From assembly GCA_013331415.1 (NCBI GenBank), contig DUGL01000188.1, positions 6,579 to 70,578 on the forward strand: a stretch of 64,000 nt of DNA. The letters run 5' to 3'. Shown piece by piece: positions 55,806 through 64,000 of this stretch. The notes under the pieces were generated by a model. The model was given only the letters and a program-made list of their open reading frames with translations. It was not told the origin of the DNA and did not search any database. The stretch is from Methanoregulaceae archaeon. GTDB lineage: Archaea; Halobacteriota; Methanomicrobia; Methanomicrobiales; Methanospirillaceae. The position numbers and the translations under genes are program-made. Within the stretch, counting starts at the first letter, position 1, and every line of letters begins with the position of its first letter.

Positions 55806-56931
55806 GGATCAATGCATCGATCTCCTTTTGGATCAGGGCATCAATCTTGCGGTCTCGCTTCCCTGTGACAAGGCAAAAGATCTCTTTGCCCTTCTGCCGT
55901 TCTCTCTTGAAACTGTAGAACTCCTGAGAGAGGAAGACGGTGTGGGCGTCTGTGCAGGTGCATATCTTGCCGGACGAAGGCCTGCAATGGTCATCCAGAG
56001 CTCAGGCCTTGGCAACATGCTCAATGCACTTCTCTCGCTCTCACGAACCTATGAACTGCCGCTGCCGGTGATCGCAAGCTGGCGGGGAGTCTACAAAGAG
56101 ACCATCCCTGCGCAGGTTCCGTTCAATGCAGCTCTTCCCGGGATTCTCAAAGCCGCCGACATCCCGTTTGTCATCGTTGATAATCCGTCCGGGTTCGACC
56201 GGATCAGAGAAATGATAGAGACGGCATACCGCTCTCACACGCCGGCCGTAGCATTGATCTCACCCCATTGCTGGGAGGGGACTCCGGTAAGCGAACGGGA
56301 GGAAGAGATTACAGACCGGTCACGGAAGATCGACTTTGTCCATGAACGGACCATCCCCTCCCCGACAATGACCCGGCTGGACGCAATCCGCTCGATTGTC
56401 CCGCATCTACATGACGCTGCTGTAGTCTCAAATATCGGCTTTCCGAGTAAGGAACTGTTCTGGACAGAGGATCGTAAGGAAAATTTCTACATGCTCGGTA
56501 GTTACACGCAGGCATCCCCAGTTGGTTTTGGGATAGCGCTCTCCTCGCGCCGCAGAACGATTATCATAGATGGGGATGGAAGCCTGCTCGGCACTGCCAT
56601 CCTCCCGGTAATCGCTGCAAAAAAGCCACGCAACCTCACCATTGCCTGTCTTGATAACGGCGTATTCGGCAGCACCGGAAACCAGATGACCCCGGCGTAT
56701 CGGAAGGTTGATCTTGAACTCTATGTCCGTGCGTGCGGTTTTGAGCAGACGGCAAAGGTTACGTCTGCAGAAGAGATTGGCGGGGCAATTGCATCCCTTG
56801 AACAAGGGCCCTCATTCATTCATGTGGTAATCAGGCCGGGCAACTCAGATGCTCCCAACATCCCTCTCACCCCTCACGAGATCCGGGATCGATTCATGAA
56901 GACGATCCGAAACGACGCGATACAAGACTGA
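55798..56931 (+). CDS. comDE: Sulfopyruvate decarboxylase, fused alpha/beta subunits
   Basis: 377 aa. The N-terminal half is ComD-like (VSLPCDKAKDL...QSSGLGN). The C-terminal half carries a ThDP-binding motif IIIDGDGSLLG...LDNGVFGSTGNQ. Confidence 0.8.
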   Translation: MHEDQCIDLLLDQGINLAVSLPCDKAKDLFALLPFSLETVELLREEDGVGVCAGAYLAGRRPAMVIQSSGLGNMLNALLSLSRTYELPLPVIASWRGVYKETIPAQVPFNAALPGILKAADIPFVIVDNPSGFDRIREMIETAYRSHTPAVALISPHCWEGTPVSEREEEITDRSRKIDFVHERTIPSPTMTRLDAIRSIVPHLHDAAVVSNIGFPSKELFWTEDRKENFYMLGSYTQASPVGFGIALSSRRRTIIIDGDGSLLGTAILPVIAAKKPRNLTIACLDNGVFGSTGNQMTPAYRKVDLELYVRACGFEQTAKVTSAEEIGGAIASLEQGPSFIHVVIRPGNSDAPNIPLTPHEIRDRFMKTIRNDAIQD

Positions 56932-57044
56932 CGCATTCATGAGAGTTAAGCTGAGACCAGGGGCCGGCCCATGAAAATGTATGAGCTGGCTAACCCCATC
57001 CATGAGATTATGGATTGTATCGAAAGTCAAATTGCGTCGGTGCA

Positions 57045-57064
57045 CCCCGCTGCAAGCAGCGGGG
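57045..57064. repeat. GC-rich hairpin, copy 1 (ccccgctg caag cagcgggg)
   Basis: Perfect 8-bp stem with a 4-nt loop, in the convergent intergenic region between comDE and the kinase gene. Confidence 0.6.
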
Positions 57065-57144
57065 CATGATTCGCACCGCCGCCTTGTTGCACTGTTGACT
57101 GCATAATTCTTGGTTTTATGTAATCCAAGATCGCCTTACCTTCT

Positions 57145-57164
57145 CCCCGCTGCAAGCTGCGGGG
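57145..57164. repeat. GC-rich hairpin, copy 2 (ccccgctgcaagctgcgggg)
   Basis: Same 20-mer with one substitution, exactly 100 nt downstream of copy 1. Confidence 0.6.
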
Positions 57165-57373
57165 TATACGAATAAAATCAAGCAAGACAGCCGATGAAGT
57201 AACAGGCCCAGAGACCGTAGAATGACCGGGATTGGGGCATCAGAGACCAGTTAAATTCACAGACCGTCTCCCCGGGGTTTGGAGCCCGGATTATTCGTGC
57301 ACGCGTGTGTACCCGACAATACCCTGGAGTGGGATGCGGATCGGGGCATTGAATGCGGATCAGGGTGTTGAGA

Positions 57374-59173
57374 TTAGCAAGCTGATTGAGGATCCGGGCT
57401 ATCTGGTTTTGTTGAGTGCCGGTTGTACCGGTACGCCCCCTCCGGAACCAGCATCTCAAACCGTGCGCCTTCGCCCGGCTCCCCTGTCTCGGTGATGGTG
57501 ATCCCGGTGATCGAGAGGATCTCCCGGATCAGGAACAACCCGAGCCCGGTATTCTTCCCGACACCGCGTTCAAAGATCCGGGTCTTTTCACTGGTAACGA
57601 CCCCTACCCCGTTATCCTCCCAGACAATTACCATCCCGTCATCCCGCGGCTCCTGTGAGATCGTGATGCAGGTGACCCGCTCCCCGTGTTTCACCGAGTT
57701 GTCGAGCAGGTTGAAGAAGACCTTCGGAAGCATCGGGTCGGCATAGACGAAAACACCGCTGAGGTCGGTATCCAGCCTGATTCCCCGGGGAACGTCAGCG
57801 CGGGGAATGATCTCTTCGATCTCCTGCCACTGTGGCTCGTGGCTCCCGAGGTCCTGGTAGACCCGGGTGAACTCGATCTGTGACCGGATCGTCTTTGTGG
57901 CAGATTCTATCTCCCGCAAATATTCGTCCATCGCTGGATCCACGGCATCGACCCGTGCGAGCGCCACGTATCCCAGGATCACCATGACCTGGTTCAGGAT
58001 ATCGTGCCGGGAGACGCTCCCGAGCAGGGAGAGCTTCCGGTTCGCGAGCCGCAGGGAATCCTCTGCCCGTTTGCGTTCGGCGATTTCCTGCCGGAGCTGC
58101 TCATTGCTTTCTGTCAGCTCGGCGGTGCGCACTACCACCAGTTCCTGAAGATGATTACGGTGTTTTTCCAGTTCCACTTCTGCCTGTTTTAATTCGGTGA
58201 TGTCAACATTGACCTCCGCCACCAGCCATTCGCCATTCTCGTCCTGGAACGGGATAGTCGTTACCTGTATGGGCCGGTTACCCTCCCTGACCAGTATCTC
58301 TTCTGTGACAAACGGGGCCTTACCTGCCAGAGCTTTCGGGATCCCGCATCCGGGACATTCTTCCGTCCTGCCCATGAAATACTCATAGCACTTCCTCCCC
58401 TCCGGGTCACCGTAAACCTTCTGCCATTCCGGATCTACATATCGCAGATTGAAATCCGAATCGATGATATCAAGGCCGGTCTTTGTCGCCCCAAGGATGA
58501 ATTCGATCTGCTTCTGAATCTGCGCTACTTTCATTTCCGCCCGTTTGCGTTCAGTGATATCCTTGAAATCCTCCACAATACCGATCAGTTCGCCGTCCGG
58601 GTGCCGGAACGGAGTTGCCGTGATGAGGCAGGGGACTTTGCTGCCATTCACCCTTTCCTTTTCTATCTCACCCGTTACGCGCTCTTCACCGGCAAGAATC
58701 CTGGTCTGGGGACAACCGGGAGTATGACAGAGGGGGCCGGAAAATACCTCGTAGCATTTCCTGCCCGCTGCCTCGTCCCTGCGCATGCCCGCCAGTTTCA
58801 GGAATGTCTCGTTCATCCGGAGCACGTTGAAATCCTTGTCGATTATCCGCATACCATCGGCGGCAGTCTGGAATATCTGGTCCAGTTCTGCATGAGTCTT
58901 CCTGGTCTCCTCTTCCGCATGCTTCTGCCTGTTGAATAAGATCTGGGCAGAAGTCCCGAATATGATGATAACGACAAGGGCCAGTGTACGCATCCAGAGC
59001 TCGTGAGAGTCCGGTAAGACCAACTGCTCGACAAAAGTGCCCTCGCTGAATACAAAGAAATGGAGGACGGATTCAAGAACCCACCAGATTAATGCGATTC
59101 CTAACCCGATCAGGACGATTTTGTTATCACGTAATATCATGGCAGTACCATTCGCTGAGATCATCTTGCCCAC
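57374..59173 (-). CDS. Membrane-associated PAS-domain sensor histidine kinase
   Basis: Two N-terminal TM helices, three PAS-like segments separated by ITERKRAE/ITELKQAE linkers, H-box LLGSVSRHDILNQ, and an ATPase core NLLDNSVKHG...GKNTGLGLFLIREI. Confidence 0.85.
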   Translation of the reverse strand: MGKMISANGTAMILRDNKIVLIGLGIALIWWVLESVLHFFVFSEGTFVEQLVLPDSHELWMRTLALVVIIIFGTSAQILFNRQKHAEEETRKTHAELDQIFQTAADGMRIIDKDFNVLRMNETFLKLAGMRRDEAAGRKCYEVFSGPLCHTPGCPQTRILAGEERVTGEIEKERVNGSKVPCLITATPFRHPDGELIGIVEDFKDITERKRAEMKVAQIQKQIEFILGATKTGLDIIDSDFNLRYVDPEWQKVYGDPEGRKCYEYFMGRTEECPGCGIPKALAGKAPFVTEEILVREGNRPIQVTTIPFQDENGEWLVAEVNVDITELKQAEVELEKHRNHLQELVVVRTAELTESNEQLRQEIAERKRAEDSLRLANRKLSLLGSVSRHDILNQVMVILGYVALARVDAVDPAMDEYLREIESATKTIRSQIEFTRVYQDLGSHEPQWQEIEEIIPRADVPRGIRLDTDLSGVFVYADPMLPKVFFNLLDNSVKHGERVTCITISQEPRDDGMVIVWEDNGVGVVTSEKTRIFERGVGKNTGLGLFLIREILSITGITITETGEPGEGARFEMLVPEGAYRYNRHSTKPDSPDPQSAC

Positions 59174-59339
59174 CCTGCCCTAACACCGGGACAGTGTGCC
59201 CCTTGCCGGACGGGTTTTCCAATAGTACGGGAATCATACGGGCATGTGGGGGGATTGGACAATCTGGGAACAAACGGGGATGAAAGCCGGATGACCTTCA
59301 TGCACATTCGGGGATGCGCCGGACTTTTTCATGCCAAAA

Positions 59340-62300
59340 TCACCGGGCCCCGCCAAACCGATACGCCCCTTTCGGCACGGTAATTTCGAACCGTGCGCCT
59401 TTGCCGGGTTCTCCGGTTTCGGTGATGGTGATCCCGGTGATCAAGAGGATCTCCTGGATCAGGAATAACCCGAGCCCGGTATTCTTCCCGACATCGCATT
59501 CAAAGATCCGGTTCTTCTCACTGGTGACGACCCCTGCTCCATCATCTTCCCAGACAATTACCATCCCGTTCTCCCGCTGGTCCTGTGAGACCGTGATGCG
59601 GGTGACCCGCTCCCCGTGCTTTACCGTGTTGTCGAGCAGGTTGAAAAAGACCTTCGGAAGCATCGGGTCTGCGTACACGAGAATACCGCTGAGATCTGCA
59701 TCCAGCGTGATTCCCCCCGGAACGTCAGCACGGGGGATAATCTCGTCGATCTCCTGCCACTGCGGCTCGTGGCTCCCGATGTCCTGGTAGACGCGGGTGA
59801 ACTCGATCTGCGACCGGATCGTCTTTGTCGCAGACTCTATCTCCCGCAATGACTCTTCCATCGCGGGATCCCCTGCCTCTTCCCGCGCAAGCGCCACGTA
59901 TCCCAGGATCACCATGACCTGGTTCAGGATATCGTGCCGGGTAATACCGGACAGGAGATTCAGGTTCTTGCTGGCGAGGGCGAGGTAGTCTTCCATCTGT
60001 TTGCGCTCGGTGATGTTAATCATTGCATGGACGACACCGGCAACCGAACCTTTCTCATCCATCACGGGATTGCACCTCACGAGGAATACCCTCCCGTCAG
60101 GGAGCGTGACCTCCCTATCAGCAATATCCCGAACCTTCGCGGACATACATGCAGGGCAGTCCGGACAGCGTTCTTTCCTGTTCTGGATCACCTCGTAACA
60201 GTGTTCTCCCCTGACTTCACCGGGAGAAATCCCGAATTCTTTTGCCATCTCTTCATTTGCCCAGAGAATTGTTAACGACGGATCAAGGTATTCGACCACC
60301 ACGCCACGCAGGCCCTTGAGCACCGCAGCCATCTCTCGCTGCTTTTTCTGCAGTTCCTCTTCTGCATGTTTTAATTCAGTGATGTCAACGAGGACTCCTC
60401 TTACTCCCACCGGAGTATTCTGATGAAGAATTGCATTAGCATAGATGATAACAGGGAATGTACTGCCATCTTTTCTCATTGCCGTATACTCAATACCACC
60501 CAGCAGCTCTCCGTTTAAGGCTCTCTGCATATTCTTCCTTGCCCGATCACGGTCCCCGGGAGCGATTACATCAAAGCCATTCAGCCCTCTATCGAGATCC
60601 TCTTGTGTATACCCAAAGGATTTCAATGCAATGTGATTGGCGGATATAATTATCCCCCGTTCATCAAGTTCAAAAACCGTCTGCGGCAATAACTCAACCA
60701 AATCCCGGTATTTTCTCTCACTTTCACGCAGCTCGTGTTCTTTTTTACTGAGCTCATCATAGTTCTGCCGCAGTTCCTCCTCGGTTGCCGTGATCTCCTC
60801 ACAGGCGGCTTCAAGATCCTCATGCTTCTTGATAAGCATCTCTTCTGCACGCTTCTGCTTGGTGATATCATGGGAAATACATCGGCAGTAAACCGACTCT
60901 CCATTAACAAATTTAGAAGTGCAACTTCTCTCAACTATGATCTCCCGGCCATCCTTGGAGACAAGGGTGGTTTCAATCACGCCTACATCTTCTCCAGACA
61001 TCACCCTCCGAAATACCTCCCTGGAGTGTTCCACCTTATCAGGGTGTATTATGTCAAAGGCTGAAAGACCGGCAATTTCTTTCTCACTGTACCCAAGTGT
61101 TTCCCGCCAGGCAGGGTTAACATATAAAATTCTTCCATCAGGAGCTACCATCTGAATAAGATCCTTGGCATTTTCAAATAGATCCCGATATCTCTCCTCG
61201 CTCTCCTGCAGTATCTCCTCCGCCCGTTTGCGTTCAGTGATATCCTTGAAATCCTCCACAATCCCGATCAGTTCGCCGTCCGGGTGCCGGAACGGGGTTG
61301 CCGTCACAATGCAGGGGACTCTGCTGCCGTCCCTCCGTTCCTTTTCAATCTCATCGGATACCTGCGCTTCACCACTGAGGATCCTGGTAAGAGGACAACC
61401 AGGAGTATGACACCGGGGGCCGGGAAACACCTCATAACACTTCCTGCCACTTGCATCCTCCCTGCGTATGCCGGCCAGTTTCAGGAACGTCCCGTTCATC
61501 CGGAGCACGTTGAAATCCCTGTCAACCACCCGCATACCATCAGCGGCAGTCTGGAATATCTGATCGAGTTCCTCAGCGAACTGCCGCAACTGCTCCTCTG
61601 CCTGTTTGCGCTCGGTGATATCACGGGCGATGCTCATCACGAGTGGCTTCTTGCCAAGATGGAAAAGAACCGCACTGACTTCCGCGGGAATCTGCCGGCC
61701 ATCCCGCGCGATGTGGACGGTTTCAAAGATGATGTGACCTTTTTTAGTAAGTTCGTGAATTTTTTCCCCCACATTACGGGCATGATCCGGGACGTTGACA
61801 TCACCCACGTTCATCTGCAGCATCTCGTCACGGGTATAGCCAAAACGCCTGCAGATGACATCGTTCACCTCAACGAAATGTCCTTCAAGGTCATGTATCG
61901 CGATCGCATCACCGGCATTTTTGAATATGGTGCGGTATTTCTCCTCGCTTTCACACAGCGCCTGCTCTTTTTGACTGAGCTCATCATAGTTCTGCCACAG
62001 CTCCTCCTCGGTTGCGGCCAGTTGTTCATATGCAGCATGGAGTTCCGTGTTCTTGCGGAGCAGTTCCTCTTCTGCCCGCTTGCGTTCGGTGATGTCCTGG
62101 TTCGCACCGTGGGTTTTAACCGTTCTGCCATCAGCATCTTTCGTGATTCCAAACTGCACAGTGATATGCCGGATCTCGCCATCCCTACAGATAATCCGGT
62201 GCTCGATATGCGTCGTATAGTTCGGGTCAGTGGCAGTTATCGCGTTTTGCACTTCATCGGCGACTACACTTACTTCATCCGGGTGAACGAATTCCCGCGC

Positions 62301-63656
62301 GTATACTTCCGCCGGCATCTGGTACCCGCCTTCCCGCTCTGCAGTGGTGCCGTACAGGGCGTAGAACCGGTCGTTGAAGGTAAAGATGCCTGAGGCAACA
62401 TCAAATTCCCAGTTCACCAGATTTGCGAGGTCCATCGCTTCAGCGAGTTGGATCTGGCTCTTCGTGAGCGCTTCTTCCGCCCGCTTGCGTTCGGTGATGT
62501 CCATCAGTGATGCAACGCTTCTCTTTGTGCCAGGAATCATGTCAATGGAAAGGAAGATGGTGCGGATCTCGCCGGATTTTGTGACGACCCGAAATTCGTA
62601 ATGCTTCAGGGCGGCTTCCTTTCTCTCTCTTCTCAGGCGGTGCTGGGCAAGCATCCGTTCCAGATCGTCTTTTACCACGAATTCCGTCCACCTCATCTTC
62701 CCTTCGATCTCTTCCTTCGGATACCCTGAAAGGCGTTCGAATTCCCGGTTGGCAAGGCATATGACAGTATTTTCTTCAATGAGAACCGTGGCGGTTCCGG
62801 TATTGTCAAAGAGAGTCCTGTATTGTTCTTCCGAATTCCGCAACTCACTCTCCATCCACCTGAGTTCTGTGATATCACGTATGGATTCAATGGCGCCGGC
62901 AGCATGGCCTTTTCTGTCATAGAGCGGTGCTGCCGTGAAGCTGACATACGCACCTTCCCCCTCCTTCAGCACCGGGATAAAATTTTCTGATATCAGTGTG
63001 TCATCCCGTTTCACAATCCTAGGATACTTTTTTTCGGTTTCTTTATCCTCTTTTAATACAAGATCGATAAGGACCGGGCTCCTCTCGCCATAGAACGGGA
63101 TTGCATATTCATAGTTCCCTTTTCCCAGGATATCCTGCCTTTTTATCCCGGTCAGCTCCTCCATCGACCGGTTCCATATGATAACCGTTCCCTGGCAGTC
63201 GATCGCAAATATCGCATCCGGCAGGAAATTTACCATATCCTCCATCCGCTGCTGTGATTCCTCGAGCTGGCATTCCGTCCGTGTTTTTACTACAGCCACA
63301 GTGACTTTATGCTCGAGTTCGGCGAACTGGGAAGTCGGATCCCCCCCTTTCTGGACATAGAAATCGGCGTCGTTGTTTAATGCATCAATAACGACTTCTT
63401 CTCTCCCCCGCCCGGTAAAAAGAATGAACGGGAGGTATTCATAGTGAGCGCGGACATACTTGAGAAACGCGATCCCATCCATCTCCGGCATCTGGTAATC
63501 CGAGATGATGCCGTCATAGCTCCGGGACTGCAGCTTCGTAATCGCTTCCGCTGCCGAGACTGCCGTATCTACCGTGAAATTCCTTGATCGTTCAAGATAC
63601 CGTTTCCCGAGTTCGAGGAGGGCTGGTTCGTCGTCAACATAGAGGATTAAGGTCAT
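59340..63656 (-). CDS. Hybrid response-regulator / multi-PAS sensor histidine kinase (1438 aa)
   Basis: N-terminal receiver domain (ILYVDDEPALL...DGIISDYQMPEMDG). At least 8 PAS-like units punctuated by ITERKRAEE/ITELK linkers. The C-terminal kinase core is nearly identical to that of 57374..59173. Confidence 0.85.
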   Translation of the reverse strand: MTLILYVDDEPALLELGKRYLERSRNFTVDTAVSAAEAITKLQSRSYDGIISDYQMPEMDGIAFLKYVRAHYEYLPFILFTGRGREEVVIDALNNDADFYVQKGGDPTSQFAELEHKVTVAVVKTRTECQLEESQQRMEDMVNFLPDAIFAIDCQGTVIIWNRSMEELTGIKRQDILGKGNYEYAIPFYGERSPVLIDLVLKEDKETEKKYPRIVKRDDTLISENFIPVLKEGEGAYVSFTAAPLYDRKGHAAGAIESIRDITELRWMESELRNSEEQYRTLFDNTGTATVLIEENTVICLANREFERLSGYPKEEIEGKMRWTEFVVKDDLERMLAQHRLRRERKEAALKHYEFRVVTKSGEIRTIFLSIDMIPGTKRSVASLMDITERKRAEEALTKSQIQLAEAMDLANLVNWEFDVASGIFTFNDRFYALYGTTAEREGGYQMPAEVYAREFVHPDEVSVVADEVQNAITATDPNYTTHIEHRIICRDGEIRHITVQFGITKDADGRTVKTHGANQDITERKRAEEELLRKNTELHAAYEQLAATEEELWQNYDELSQKEQALCESEEKYRTIFKNAGDAIAIHDLEGHFVEVNDVICRRFGYTRDEMLQMNVGDVNVPDHARNVGEKIHELTKKGHIIFETVHIARDGRQIPAEVSAVLFHLGKKPLVMSIARDITERKQAEEQLRQFAEELDQIFQTAADGMRVVDRDFNVLRMNGTFLKLAGIRREDASGRKCYEVFPGPRCHTPGCPLTRILSGEAQVSDEIEKERRDGSRVPCIVTATPFRHPDGELIGIVEDFKDITERKRAEEILQESEERYRDLFENAKDLIQMVAPDGRILYVNPAWRETLGYSEKEIAGLSAFDIIHPDKVEHSREVFRRVMSGEDVGVIETTLVSKDGREIIVERSCTSKFVNGESVYCRCISHDITKQKRAEEMLIKKHEDLEAACEEITATEEELRQNYDELSKKEHELRESERKYRDLVELLPQTVFELDERGIIISANHIALKSFGYTQEDLDRGLNGFDVIAPGDRDRARKNMQRALNGELLGGIEYTAMRKDGSTFPVIIYANAILHQNTPVGVRGVLVDITELKHAEEELQKKQREMAAVLKGLRGVVVEYLDPSLTILWANEEMAKEFGISPGEVRGEHCYEVIQNRKERCPDCPACMSAKVRDIADREVTLPDGRVFLVRCNPVMDEKGSVAGVVHAMINITERKQMEDYLALASKNLNLLSGITRHDILNQVMVILGYVALAREEAGDPAMEESLREIESATKTIRSQIEFTRVYQDIGSHEPQWQEIDEIIPRADVPGGITLDADLSGILVYADPMLPKVFFNLLDNTVKHGERVTRITVSQDQRENGMVIVWEDDGAGVVTSEKNRIFECDVGKNTGLGLFLIQEILLITGITITETGEPGKGARFEITVPKGAYRFGGAR

Positions 63657-63931
63657 CGCACCTCACATTCTTCAAGCTTAATAATTCCCCTAACACATGC
63701 CCGATGTTTGCGGCAGCTCATTTTCTTCATGGTATCATGAATACTGTTACGAGATTTGCCTGCAAGCCCGGCACCGATGCCGGTCATGCGGCCACCGCGC
63801 TGCATGATGACAATCCTGCCCACCGCTATCTGTTCAGCGATGATCTCCGGATCGATCCCCTCAGCACAGGAGACCGTCTTCATCTGGTGCGTTATTTTGC
63901 CATTTTCAGCATACCTGATACGTGTATCCAT
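63653..63931 (-). pseudogene. thiC: N-terminal fragment of thiC (HMP-phosphate synthase), about 60 homologous residues followed by an unrelated tail
   Basis: AENGKITHQMKTVSCAEGIDPEIIAEQIAVGRIVIMQRGGRMTGIGAGLAGK resembles archaeal ThiC N-termini (ARxGxIT.EM..VA..EG...E.....VA.GRIVIP.N......GIG.GL.TK). The conserved VNANIG block and the rest of the ~430-aa enzyme are absent. ATGA overlap with the kinase start. Confidence 0.45.
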
Positions 63932-64000
63932 GTAAATCCCGTATGTTGATTTTCCTGATCCGGTTCACAGCTCATTTTACCTCACGGCAAGTTGGTGCAA

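Noticed and set aside
57045-57164. Possible CRISPR array, suggested by the CCCCGC...GCGGGG hairpin repeat.
   Set aside because: There are only two copies, the ~80-nt spacing is too long for a normal spacer, and there is no leader or cas gene in the window. It is kept as a repeat or hairpin observation only.
61284-62393. 369-aa plus-strand ORF inside the hybrid kinase gene.
   Set aside because: It is antisense to a continuous 1438-aa ORF with REC, PAS and kinase motifs. It has no independent support.

Overview
This 64-kb window looks like a methanogenic archaeal chromosome, probably Methanomicrobiales-like. That placement is inferred from class-III-signal pilins, PGF-CTERM tails, FlaI/FlaJ-type genes and a cysteate-synthase/ComDE coenzyme M cluster. 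All calls come from reading the ORF translations and the DNA; no database search was possible.

Layout:
- **2-26255:** a large island of paralogous secreted proteins. They are built from two recurring uncharacterised modules (here A and B, DUF3344-like) mixed with PKD, CARDB and PEGA repeats. A MacB-type ABC transporter is translationally coupled inside the island. A 2.2-kb toxin-antitoxin islet (vapBC plus MNT/HEPN) is bracketed by a decayed duplicate of the host gene's 3' end. Two proteins carry a C-terminal domain that resembles bacterial WxL domains, and they flank a PGF-CTERM-anchored protein resembling WxL-interacting proteins.
- **26.3-32 kb:** a Lys/Ala-rich basic ORF, a second MNT/HEPN pair, a ChlI-ChlD-type chelatase fusion, and a possibly frameshifted ORF.
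- **32.3-41.2 kb:** an archaeal type IV pilus-like locus with pilins, a FlaJ/TadC-like membrane protein, a FlaI-like ATPase, and a TPR protein containing a 120-bp tandem repeat.
- **41.4-47.9 kb:** a corrinoid/iron-type ABC importer operon whose first two genes are pilin-like, with cbiZ divergent from it.
- **49.1-50.4 kb:** insertion-sequence debris, followed by a visibly lower-GC block.
- **51.2-56.9 kb:** a tightly coupled six-gene operon. An ABC-like ATPase, a G3E-like GTPase and an Fe-S protein precede three coenzyme M biosynthesis genes.
- **57.4-63.7 kb:** two PAS histidine kinases that share recently duplicated segments and Cys-rich PAS domains, then a thiC 5' fragment.

No rRNA gene, tRNA gene or CRISPR array could be supported.
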